DNA of 32,000 bases from Erysipelotrichaceae bacterium (lineage in GTDB: Bacteria > Bacillota_I > Bacilli_A > Erysipelotrichales > Coprobacillaceae): the NCBI GenBank assembly GCA_028698185.1, contig JAQVDW010000010.1:1-32000 (forward strand), given 5' to 3'. The position numbers were made by a program, and so were the translations under genes. The stretch's first letter is position 1. The number at the start of each line of letters is the position of its first letter. The notes beneath the pieces are model-generated. The model searched no databases. It was given only the letters and a program-made list of their open reading frames with translations, and had not been told where the DNA came from. Positions 1 through 7,646 of this stretch are shown here, in pieces.

Positions 1-1
1 T

Positions 2-350
2 TGGTGGAGGTGGGGGGAATCGAACCCCCGTCCAAAGACTGCTCCTCCAAAGCGTCTACAGCTTAGTCAATTGAGAAGATTTAACCAGGCTAAAACCAAC
101 TGACAAGTGTTCACCAGGCGATCTCTGAGATTTTCGAGATCAATGTTCGAGCGCCATTGATCCTTATCCTGTTGGTTATTGGACCAGTAAGCTTACGACA
201 GGAACGTAAACTCGTGGTGCTTTCAGTCTATATTGACTATGCGAAAGCTAAAGATTGATTTCTGTTTCCAGTTATTTGTTTGTGCACTTAACGTATGCCG
301 ACGGCTGCAACTAAGGTCAAACTAGCCCCTGTCGAATCCAGGACACCCCC
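2..350 (-). ncRNA. ssrA: tmRNA (transfer-messenger RNA)
   Basis: The minus-strand read starts GGGGGTGTCCTGGATTCGACAGGGG (350->326) and ends CGGGGGTTCGATTCCCCCCACCTCCACCA (30->2). These are the canonical tmRNA 5' end and the T-arm/acceptor/CCA 3' end. The acceptor pairing GGGGGTG/CACCTCC contains the G3.U alanine identity pair. An internal frame reads ..KQITGNRNQSLAFA-TAG (287->237). The gene lies directly downstream of smpB. Confidence 0.9.
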
Positions 351-351
351 A

Positions 352-798
352 TTAGTAATTCTTTAATGCTTTTTCTATTTCCCGTTTAGCATCACGAGCT
401 TTAAGGTCTTCCCGCTTGTCGTAAAGTTTCTTTCCTTTGGCAATCCCGATTTCAAGTTTTGCCTTGGGCGAATCACCGAAATACATCTTAGTTGCGACCA
501 CTGTCAGTCCACCTTCTTTAAGCTTGGTTTCGATTTTCTTGATTTCTTTGCGATGAAGCAAGAGTTTTCTTGTTCTTGTCGGTTCGTGATTGAAAATATT
601 ACCCATTTCATAAGGAGAGATATGCATGTTGACGATCTCGACTTCATTGTTTTTTATGCGCACGTAGCTATCTTTCAAGTTGACATTGCCCAAGCGGACC
701 GATTTGATTTCCGTCCCTTTAAGTTCGATGCCAGCCTCAAAAGTATCAAGAATAAAATAATCATGATAAGCTTTTTTGTTGTTCGAAATAATCTTCAT
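352..798 (-). CDS. smpB: SsrA-binding protein SmpB
   Basis: The translation [33 protein letters not shown]...[10 protein letters not shown] is typical SmpB. The ATG at 798 is preceded by GAAGGAGGTGA. The longer start in the ORF track (816) is a TTG lying inside that Shine-Dalgarno sequence. Confidence 0.95.
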   Translation of the reverse strand: MKIISNNKKAYHDYFILDTFEAGIELKGTEIKSVRLGNVNLKDSYVRIKNNEVEIVNMHISPYEMGNIFNHEPTRTRKLLLHRKEIKKIETKLKEGGLTVVATKMYFGDSPKAKLEIGIAKGKKLYDKREDLKARDAKREIEKALKNY

Positions 799-852
799 CC
801 ATATCACCTCCTTCAATGTGTATACTATATTGTAGCTTAATTAATCAAATTG

Positions 853-3156
853 TCAAGCCTTGTCCGGTTTTTTTCCTGAACTTTTTCTGCGGCGGTTGAC
901 ATTTTTGGTTGATCCGCCTTTGGCTGGAGCTCCCTTGCCTTTATGGCGGCTTCTAGTCTTGAAGTTGTCCGGTTTCGGTTTTTTCTTGCCGAATTCTTCC
1001 TTGCCTTTATGCTGTTTTTGCGAGCTAGGATTGACCCGGCGTTTCTTGTTCGATTTGATCACCAGTTCAAAGTCAATCCGTTTTTCGGCTTTCGATGCCG
1101 ATTTGAGTTTGACTTTGACCTTTTGCCCCATGCCATAGACACTGCTGGTATGGCGGCCAATGTAACGAAGCTTCACTTCATCAAAGAAGTAGTAGTCATC
1201 AACCATGTCGACCACATGGACCAGACCTTCAATCGTATTTTCCAATTCGACGAACATCCCGAAGTTGGTGACTGAGGAAATGACCCCGTCGAAAACCTGT
1301 CCAACTTTCGCTTCCATGAATTCGGCTTTTTTCATATCTTCGACTTCACGTTCGATATCGATTGCCAACCGTTCATTGTCGCTGGATTTCAATGCCAGAT
1401 CCGGAATGACCGACTCGTAGTGGCGGATCGTCTTCATATCCATCCTGTTTTCAAACAGGTAGGTGCGGATCAGACGGTGAACCAACAAATCCGGGTACCG
1501 GCGGATCGGCGAGGTGAAGTGGGTGTAGAAATCGGCAGCCAGACCGAAGTGGCCCAGACAACTCTGGTCATATCGGGCTTTTGCCATGGAACGGAGCATC
1601 AGTGTCGCGATGACCTGATGTTCGTCCTTGCCCCTACTGTCCTCGATTATGGCAGCCAGCTGGTTTGGATACATGTCATCCAGCGAGCCATGAGGCCGGT
1701 AGCCAAAGGCCGAAGCGATTGAGAAGAACTTGACCAGTTTCTTGACATCGGGATGTTCATGGACCCGGTAAATGAACGGAACTTCCATCCAGTGGAACCT
1801 TTGGGCGATTGTCTCGTTGGCCACAAGCATGAACTCCTCGATAATCCGCTCACTGATACCTCTTGTTCTGACCACGATATCGACCGGGAACCCGGTCTCG
1901 TTTACCAGGACCTTGCTTTCATCGATATCGAAATCGATCGAACCGCGGCGGTCCCGGAATTTGCGGCGGATTGCCGCCAGGTCTTCCATCTGGTAGAACA
2001 TTTCGAGTACATCGTGATACTCGCTCATCAGCTGGGTGTCCCCGGCCAATATCTTGTTGACATTATTGTAGGTCATCCTGTGGGTCGACTTGATGATTGT
2101 CGGATGGATCTCGCTGCGGAGCACATCACCCTTATGGTCGATTTCCATAAAGCACGAAATCGTCAGTCGGTCGACCTGGGGATTGAGCGAACATATCCCA
2201 TTGGAAAGCTTGTGGGGCAGCATCGGAATCACCCGGTCAACCAGATAGATTGAAGTCCCACGTTCCACCGCTTCCACGTCCAGGGGACTGTCTTCAGTCA
2301 CGTAATGGGAAACATCGGCGATGTGGACTCCCAGGTAGTAATTGCCGTTTGGCAACTTTTCCAGTGAAATCGCATCATCCAAATCCATCGCGTCATCACC
2401 GTCGATGGTCACGATGGTCATGTCGGTCAGATCGAGACGGCCCTCATGTTCGGATCTGATAACCTGATCAGGGATGTTTTCAATCTGGTCAAAGACCGCT
2501 TTGGGGAATTCAATGTCCACACCATGGTCATAGACGATCGAGAGGATATCGATACCCGGATCGGTGGCATGGCCCAGGATTTTTACAACGTCGCCCTTTA
2601 AAGGCAGCTTGTAAACCTTGATTTCCACCACGACCTTGTGACCAGGCATTGCCCCATGGGCATGGGCCGCATCGACATAAATCTTTTCCTTGAACCTGGA
2701 GTCATCGCATTCGACATAGAGATGGTTGTGGCTGTTTTTCTTGACCAGTCCGACCACTTTCTTGCGGCCCCGTTCGATAACCCCGACAACCACACCTTCA
2801 GGCCGGCTGGCCCCATGCGCTGTCGTCAGCTTGATCAGGACAACGTCCTTGTCGAAGGCATCCTTGATGTTGCCCTTGTCGATAAAGACATCCTTTTCAT
2901 CCTCACCGATCTTGACGAAGCCAAAGCCCCGTTCATGAACCGACAGCGTCCCTAGACGCATGTCGAGCTGTTCGATCAGGAAGTACTGGTTGAACTTGTT
3001 GCGGTAGATCTTACCCGCCAGTTCAAGTTCGTTCAAAGCTTTGAGCAGTTCGTTGTTGTTGGCTCCCTTGTCGACACTAAAACTCGCTGCTATCTGGTCA
3101 ACGGTCCTAAGCAGATTCGTTTCATCTTTTAAATATTCTAAAATTTTTTCTTTCAT
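853..3156 (-). CDS. rnr: Ribonuclease R (3'-5' exoribonuclease)
   Basis: 767 aa. It has N-terminal HTH/cold-shock-like regions and RNB catalytic motifs (TIDGDDAMDLDDA; HFGLAADFYTHFTSPIRRYPDLLVHR). An S1 domain (GVISSVTNFGMFVEL) and a Lys/Arg-rich C-terminal tail follow. The RBS is AAGGAGGCAATA-ATG. It shows conserved synteny with smpB/ssrA. Confidence 0.95.
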   Translation of the reverse strand: MKEKILEYLKDETNLLRTVDQIAASFSVDKGANNNELLKALNELELAGKIYRNKFNQYFLIEQLDMRLGTLSVHERGFGFVKIGEDEKDVFIDKGNIKDAFDKDVVLIKLTTAHGASRPEGVVVGVIERGRKKVVGLVKKNSHNHLYVECDDSRFKEKIYVDAAHAHGAMPGHKVVVEIKVYKLPLKGDVVKILGHATDPGIDILSIVYDHGVDIEFPKAVFDQIENIPDQVIRSEHEGRLDLTDMTIVTIDGDDAMDLDDAISLEKLPNGNYYLGVHIADVSHYVTEDSPLDVEAVERGTSIYLVDRVIPMLPHKLSNGICSLNPQVDRLTISCFMEIDHKGDVLRSEIHPTIIKSTHRMTYNNVNKILAGDTQLMSEYHDVLEMFYQMEDLAAIRRKFRDRRGSIDFDIDESKVLVNETGFPVDIVVRTRGISERIIEEFMLVANETIAQRFHWMEVPFIYRVHEHPDVKKLVKFFSIASAFGYRPHGSLDDMYPNQLAAIIEDSRGKDEHQVIATLMLRSMAKARYDQSCLGHFGLAADFYTHFTSPIRRYPDLLVHRLIRTYLFENRMDMKTIRHYESVIPDLALKSSDNERLAIDIEREVEDMKKAEFMEAKVGQVFDGVISSVTNFGMFVELENTIEGLVHVVDMVDDYYFFDEVKLRYIGRHTSSVYGMGQKVKVKLKSASKAEKRIDFELVIKSNKKRRVNPSSQKQHKGKEEFGKKKPKPDNFKTRSRHKGKGAPAKGGSTKNVNRRRKSSGKKPDKA

Positions 3157-3178
3157 TATTGCCTCCTTGATTTAGGCC

Positions 3179-3204
3179 AAAAAAAATAGGACAGTATCGT
3201 CCTA
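3179..3204 (-). terminator. Rho-independent terminator after secG
   Basis: The minus strand reads TAGGAC-gatact-GTCCTA followed by an 8-nt T run, starting about 6 nt after the secG stop. Confidence 0.6.
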
Positions 3205-3209
3205 ATTTA

Positions 3210-3437
3210 CTACATTCTTAACAAGATTGCGACCACAAAGAATGCAATCCCCAACACAGTGGTGGCCCGAGTCATAATCAAATCGATGCCTCTTTCCTTC
3301 TGGTCCTGGAACAATGCCGATGACTGCCCAGTCAATGCATTGATGACACCTTCGGATTTTCCACTTTGTAATAAACATAGTATAGCAAGAACGATTGCGA
3401 TGATAAATTCAATTATCTGTAAAAATTCACCAAACAT
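3210..3437 (-). CDS. secG: Preprotein translocase subunit SecG
   Basis: Small two-TM protein, MFGEFLQIIEFIIAIVLAILCLLQSGKSEG...GIAFFVVAILL. The ATG at 3437 is preceded by AAGGAGGTATAGT. The position upstream of rnr matches the Bacillus order. The ORF-track start at 3473 has no RBS. Confidence 0.8.
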   Translation of the reverse strand: MFGEFLQIIEFIIAIVLAILCLLQSGKSEGVINALTGQSSALFQDQKERGIDLIMTRATTVLGIAFFVVAILLRM

Positions 3438-3461
3438 ACTATACCTCCTTCTTGTGTAACA

Positions 3462-3490
3462 AATATAACACAATTTTCATATTTTTTCAA
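3462..3490 (-). promoter_or_regulatory. Candidate sigma-A promoter for secG
   Basis: The minus strand reads TTGAAA - 17 nt - TATATT, with TGT immediately upstream of the -10 (extended -10). It lies about 25 nt upstream of the secG RBS. Confidence 0.4.
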
Positions 3491-3552
3491 CTCAATTAAT
3501 GATACCCCATCTATAAATCAAATACAAGAAATATTTGTTACCGGAGCGGATT

Positions 3553-3984
3553 TTACTGGTCGGACAATTCCTTAACCATAAGCACATGGGGCACATCTTC
3601 ATCGAGATAACTGTCGCCTAGAATCGTGAACCCCAGTTGTTCATAAAATCCCTGGACCCTGACCTGGGCTGAAAGATAAAGCCTGGCCGCCCCAAGACCT
3701 CGGGCATATTCGATTGCACATTTGAGGATCCGGGTTCCGATCCGGTTCTTGCGCCAGGGCTGGATGACCGCAATCCGCCCGACATGCCATGACTTTTCAC
3801 TTGGATCGTAATATACCCTACAGGTGGCAATTGCCACCTTGTCGTGGTACATGACCAGATGATGGGCCCGGTCATCGATCTCATCGAATTCGTTGACAAA
3901 ACTCTGTTCCTCCACAAAAACCTGCAAGCGAATCGCCTTGATGTCCGGCGTCAACTTGTCGTACACTTTTACAATCATTGCCAT
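3553..3984 (-). CDS. GNAT family N-acetyltransferase
   Basis: 143 aa. The acetyl-CoA-binding segment is IAVIQPWRKNRIGTRILKCAIEYARGLGA, in a typical GNAT beta-alpha layout. The start could instead be the ATG two codons downstream (3978), which has better SD spacing. Confidence 0.8.
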   Translation of the reverse strand: MAMIVKVYDKLTPDIKAIRLQVFVEEQSFVNEFDEIDDRAHHLVMYHDKVAIATCRVYYDPSEKSWHVGRIAVIQPWRKNRIGTRILKCAIEYARGLGAARLYLSAQVRVQGFYEQLGFTILGDSYLDEDVPHVLMVKELSDQ

Positions 3985-4158
3985 TACCCCCTTTTAATTT
4001 CTTAAATATTACCAAGTTGGGCGATAAAGTCAATTCATTTGCGCCAACATTCGGAATTAATTTTAAATTATCAAAATATATTTTCATATTTTGAAAATAA
4101 CAACCGTTTCCAGGGATTGGGTATATAATGGAAGTATAAAGACAAAGGAGATCCCAAC

Positions 4159-5256
4159 ATGCACAAATTAGGTATTTCGGTTTACCCTGACAAGAGTGAT
4201 TTAGATGAAGTATACGCATACGTAAAAAGAGCCAGCGAACTTGGTTATACCCGTATCTTCACCTGCTTTCTTTCAGTAGACAAACAAAGCCGATCTGAAT
4301 ATTTCAAAGTCTTCAAGAAGTTCAGCCAATACTGCCACGAATTAGGTTTCGAACTGGCTGTCGATACCAACCCTGAAATCTTTGCGGAAATCGGCGCGAG
4401 CCCTACCAACCTGCAGCCTTTGATCGACCTAGGTGTCGATATCATCCGTCTCGATGGCGATTTCTCGTTGCAGGACAATATCCTTATTTCCCGCAACCAG
4501 GACAATATCAAAATTGAATTCAATGCGAGCATGAATGCCGGACTGGACAATATGATCGCCTCAGGAGGCAACCGTGATGCAATCCAGGTGTGCCACAACT
4601 TCTATCCCGAACGCTATACCGGCCTGGATTTGCAACTGTATCAGGATCTAAACGACAAATGGAAAGACCTCAACCTGGTTACAGCAGCCTTCGTTTCATC
4701 GAACAATGACAACACCATCGGCCCATGGCAGGTGTTCTGCGGTTTGCCAAGCGTGGAAATCCACCGTGGCTTGCCAATTGACTTACAGGCCCGCCATCTG
4801 ATTTCACTAGGACAGCTTGATGACATCTTGATCGGAAATTATCCGGCTACTGACGAAGAGCTTGTGGCCCTGTCAAAGGTCAATTGGCAATATCTCGAGT
4901 TCAAGGTCGATATCGCAGCAGGTATCAGTGATCTTGAAAGGGAGATCCTGCTTGATTTCTTCCCACATATGGACCGGCCCGATTACTCAAGCTTCATGAT
5001 CCGCTCAAGCTATCCGCGGGTCAAATACAAAGGCCAACCGATTCCTCACCGCCCTATTGAAAAGGAATATTTCGAACCGGGCGACATCGTCATCGTCAAC
5101 GACAACCTGGCCCACTACCGCGGCGAACTTCAGATTGTCCTCGATTACATCAAGAACGACGGCGAGCGCAACCTGGTAGCGACCATCCCGGCTGAGGAAA
5201 TGGCTCTTATCGAAGCCTTCAAACCCGGACATTACTTCTATTTCACCGAAAAATAA
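4159..5256 (+). CDS. DUF871 / MupG-like protein (6-phospho-N-acetylmuramidase family)
   Basis: 365 aa. The N-terminus LGISVYPDKSDLDEVYAYVKRASELGYTRIFTCFLSV and the overall length and organisation match my recollection of the DUF871 (MupG) TIM-barrel family. The RBS is AAAGGAGATCCCAAC-ATG. Confidence 0.7.
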   Translation: MHKLGISVYPDKSDLDEVYAYVKRASELGYTRIFTCFLSVDKQSRSEYFKVFKKFSQYCHELGFELAVDTNPEIFAEIGASPTNLQPLIDLGVDIIRLDGDFSLQDNILISRNQDNIKIEFNASMNAGLDNMIASGGNRDAIQVCHNFYPERYTGLDLQLYQDLNDKWKDLNLVTAAFVSSNNDNTIGPWQVFCGLPSVEIHRGLPIDLQARHLISLGQLDDILIGNYPATDEELVALSKVNWQYLEFKVDIAAGISDLEREILLDFFPHMDRPDYSSFMIRSSYPRVKYKGQPIPHRPIEKEYFEPGDIVIVNDNLAHYRGELQIVLDYIKNDGERNLVATIPAEEMALIEAFKPGHYFYFTEK

Positions 5257-5260
5257 TCGA

Positions 5261-5289
5261 AAAGGAACCTGCAGGTTCCTTTTTTCGTT
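5261..5289. terminator. Bidirectional Rho-independent terminator (left repeat copy)
   Basis: AAAAGGAACC-tgca-GGTTCCTTTTTT: a perfect GC-containing stem flanked by an A run and a T run. It follows the mupG stop on the plus strand and lies downstream of the MazG-like gene on the minus strand. Confidence 0.75.
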
Positions 5290-5291
5290 AT
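5261..5291. repeat. Left copy of the 31-nt direct repeat bracketing the DUF2075/MazG islet
   Basis: aaaaggaacctgcAggttccttttttcgtta at 5261-5291 versus aaaaggaacctgcGggttccttttttcgtta at 7711-7741. That is 30/31 identical, and the single difference is in the hairpin loop. Confidence 0.9.
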
Positions 5292-5400
5292 GCTCAAAAA
5301 CAAAGAATAACAGACAATTAATATATGCTATATAATCGGTTTAACATTATCGTCAATTCAAAAGAAAAATATGTTATCAGATAATCAGTTTCTTCAATTA

Positions 5401-5718
5401 CTAGAGCGCATTGTATTTTTTACTGTTACCTTTTGACTTTTCGATTGGATACTTTTCCTCGTTCTTTTTCAATTTATTTGCGACAATTTGCTCCAGATCA
5501 ACATCCAGTTTGGAGGCAAGTAAAATGCTGTAATTCACTATGTCCGCCAATTCTTCGCATACAGCTTCTTTATCATATTCACTGCTCCACTGAAAGCATT
5601 CAAGCAATTCGCCTGCTTCAATGCAAATGCTTTTTGCCAAATTCTCAGGAGAATGGAATTGGTCCCAATCCCTGTCTTCATTGAACCTCATTATTTTTTT
5701 TGTAACATCTTCTAACAT
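5401..5718 (-). CDS. MazG-like nucleotide pyrophosphohydrolase (small all-alpha NTP-PPase)
   Basis: 105 aa: RFNEDRDWDQFHSPENLAKSICIEAGELLECFQW...EELADIVNYSILLASKLDVDLEQIV..KLKKNEEKYP. The ExxE(xxE) and EExxD metal-binding motifs of the MazG/dCTPase-like superfamily are present. Its start overlaps the stop of the upstream gene. Confidence 0.85.
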   Translation of the reverse strand: MLEDVTKKIMRFNEDRDWDQFHSPENLAKSICIEAGELLECFQWSSEYDKEAVCEELADIVNYSILLASKLDVDLEQIVANKLKKNEEKYPIEKSKGNSKKYNAL

Positions 5719-7586
5719 TCTCCTGTACTCCTGTTCAGTCTCATTTTCAAATATTCCCTAAGATTGTCATCTGTACAATAAATATAACAGCCTTTTTGAC
5801 CTCTTGTGAGCAGTGTTCTATATGTGTTCTTGATAAGCAAATCCGCCAATTTCAAAGTGTCTTCAGGATTTTTCTTAAATTGTGTCTTCAAGCCTCTGAT
5901 TGACCTGTCACTCGATGCCCTCTTGAAAAAGTCCGTCGTGATTTTACCATCTTCATAGCGGAGATCATCACCGATAATCACACCCACATAGTCGAATTCC
6001 AATCCCTGGGAAGTATGGATACAGCCAACTTCATTTACTGAATCTTCATCGATAGCCCAAGTCTTAGTTGATTCAAAGTTCCATGACATCTTGAAATCGC
6101 CAATTATGATATCCGGAGAATCGGATTTGTTCCGGGTACTTTTATTCCAGCCCCAACAATACCCGGCCAGAATACGTGATCTGTTGGCCATTTTATTTTT
6201 GTCCATTATTGCATTTTTCAATTCCACCGGATTATCAAATATTTCAATGTCATAATCGATATTCAATTCGTCATTTGCCGATTTTTCGATTTCCATGACA
6301 TTGTCAAGCCATGAAAGGTAGGCATCGCTGCCGTTACATCTAAACTGCGAGACCAATTTATCCTCGTAAACAATTGCATTGAAGTGCTTGCACCATTTTT
6401 TAATTTCCCCTGTAGAACCAATATCGTTGGTAGTGACAATTTGATTATCGTCAACAAAGAAAATAGCTAGTTTCGATGCATTAATAATTTCTTTAATCTG
6501 GTTTTCTCCCAAATTCTGATACCTCCCCGATTTCGCGTTCAATCGGTGTGCCTCATCGACTATTATGCAATCAAAATCATCTTCATTAGCTTCGATAAAT
6601 GACCCGGATCCCTTGAACAAATTGTCAATATAGACTTTCCGGTACCCTCCTTCTGATAGCTTTTTTCGATACACCTCGCGTGGAGCAATATTTTTCGTAA
6701 CATAAATAGTATTCTTTTCCTGGTTGATCATTTCAACCAACATGTTTATTGCAATAACCGTTTTGCCTGTTCCCGGACCGCCATGAATAATGTATACCTT
6801 TTTGCTCGCATAATTCTCTTTTGCCAATTTCAAAGCTTTTTCATAGGTAACTTTCTGCTCATCGAGCAAAACAAACTCCGGTTTCCCCTTGAGCATATTG
6901 CTAAGACTTTCCTGAAGTGATTTGCTAGGCTTGATTTTTCCGCCCTCTATATGACACATTACGTCGGGATTGCCTTTTTTGATATATTTAGCGATGTAAT
7001 TCCCCAACTTATCAGTGTCGCCTCGCGAAAACACAGGCGCCTGCTTCAGGTAGTATTCATAACACAGATCTAGAAGATCATCGTATTCCTTTTTCTTATA
7101 ATTATGCAAATAAGCACATGGATGCAAATCTATTTTGAACTTCCTTACATCTTCGTTGTAATCTCTAATTAAGCTGGCGTATGACCAAGCCTGATATGAA
7201 GGGTGGGTTACCTCGGCAAGTTTCCCGTTCAATAATGTTTTTACAATTGCATCCTTCCCCTCAACCTTTTCAAGACCCTGCCATTGCTTCAATTCAATTA
7301 TTACTGCATTTTCATTGCCATGTTCATCTTCACCACTGACAATAAAATCGATTCTCTTGTTTGAATTTGGAACTTTGTATTCTATTGCAATGTTGCTATC
7401 GCCTGGTATCGATGTGTTCTCGAGGACCTTGTACATGTACTGCATCGAATTCATCCAGGAATTATATTCACTTTGGCCGGTTTTTCTATTCAACCTTTCA
7501 AGCACCAATCTTTGAATTTTCTCATCAATTACGTCGTGGTAGACATCATCCAAAAACTGCGCTTTTGTCTCTTGATACACTATCAT
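5712..7586 (-). CDS. DUF2075-family (Schlafen group-3 helicase-like) P-loop ATPase with N-terminal PD-(D/E)xK-like nuclease motif
   Basis: 624 aa. Motifs are RID80FIV...VIIE98LK100QW (restriction-endonuclease-like), Walker A HGGPGTGKT (aa 268-276) and Walker B CIIVDEAH (aa 340-347). FFVDDNQIV, QFRCNGS, IHTSQGLEFDYVGVIIG and YRTLLTRGQKG are also present. The RBS is GAGGTATAACT-ATG. Confidence 0.85.
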   Translation of the reverse strand: MIVYQETKAQFLDDVYHDVIDEKIQRLVLERLNRKTGQSEYNSWMNSMQYMYKVLENTSIPGDSNIAIEYKVPNSNKRIDFIVSGEDEHGNENAVIIELKQWQGLEKVEGKDAIVKTLLNGKLAEVTHPSYQAWSYASLIRDYNEDVRKFKIDLHPCAYLHNYKKKEYDDLLDLCYEYYLKQAPVFSRGDTDKLGNYIAKYIKKGNPDVMCHIEGGKIKPSKSLQESLSNMLKGKPEFVLLDEQKVTYEKALKLAKENYASKKVYIIHGGPGTGKTVIAINMLVEMINQEKNTIYVTKNIAPREVYRKKLSEGGYRKVYIDNLFKGSGSFIEANEDDFDCIIVDEAHRLNAKSGRYQNLGENQIKEIINASKLAIFFVDDNQIVTTNDIGSTGEIKKWCKHFNAIVYEDKLVSQFRCNGSDAYLSWLDNVMEIEKSANDELNIDYDIEIFDNPVELKNAIMDKNKMANRSRILAGYCWGWNKSTRNKSDSPDIIIGDFKMSWNFESTKTWAIDEDSVNEVGCIHTSQGLEFDYVGVIIGDDLRYEDGKITTDFFKRASSDRSIRGLKTQFKKNPEDTLKLADLLIKNTYRTLLTRGQKGCYIYCTDDNLREYLKMRLNRSTGEC

Positions 7587-7617
7587 AGTTATACCTCATT
7601 AGTGCCTTTCTTTTCAC

Positions 7618-7646
7618 AGTATAACACAGGCCAGGTTTGTAAACAA
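7618..7646 (-). promoter_or_regulatory. Candidate promoter of the DUF2075/MazG cassette
   Basis: The minus strand reads TTGTTT - 17 nt - TATACT with TGT upstream of the -10 (extended -10). It lies about 30 nt upstream of the DUF2075 start, inside the islet and downstream of the right terminator copy. Confidence 0.45.

Noticed and set aside
1-350. The tmRNA 3' end as an integration site for a genomic island
   Set aside because: tmRNA genes are classic island attachment sites. Here the 3' end of ssrA lies at the window edge, so nothing downstream of it can be seen. No duplicated ssrA 3' fragment occurs elsewhere in the window.
3881-4219. 112-aa minus-strand ORF spanning the GNAT/mupG intergenic region
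   Set aside because: It overlaps the 5' ends of two well-supported divergent genes and the AT-rich promoter region. It has no RBS and a Cys/Asn-rich nonsense-like translation.
5292-5400. Possible small gene, att remnant or antisense promoter in the 109-nt AT-rich spacer between the left repeat and the MazG-like stop
   Set aside because: It contains a TATAAT string but no convincing -35, RBS or ORF. Such hexamers are expected by chance in AT-rich DNA. There are no inverted repeats matching the other end of the islet.
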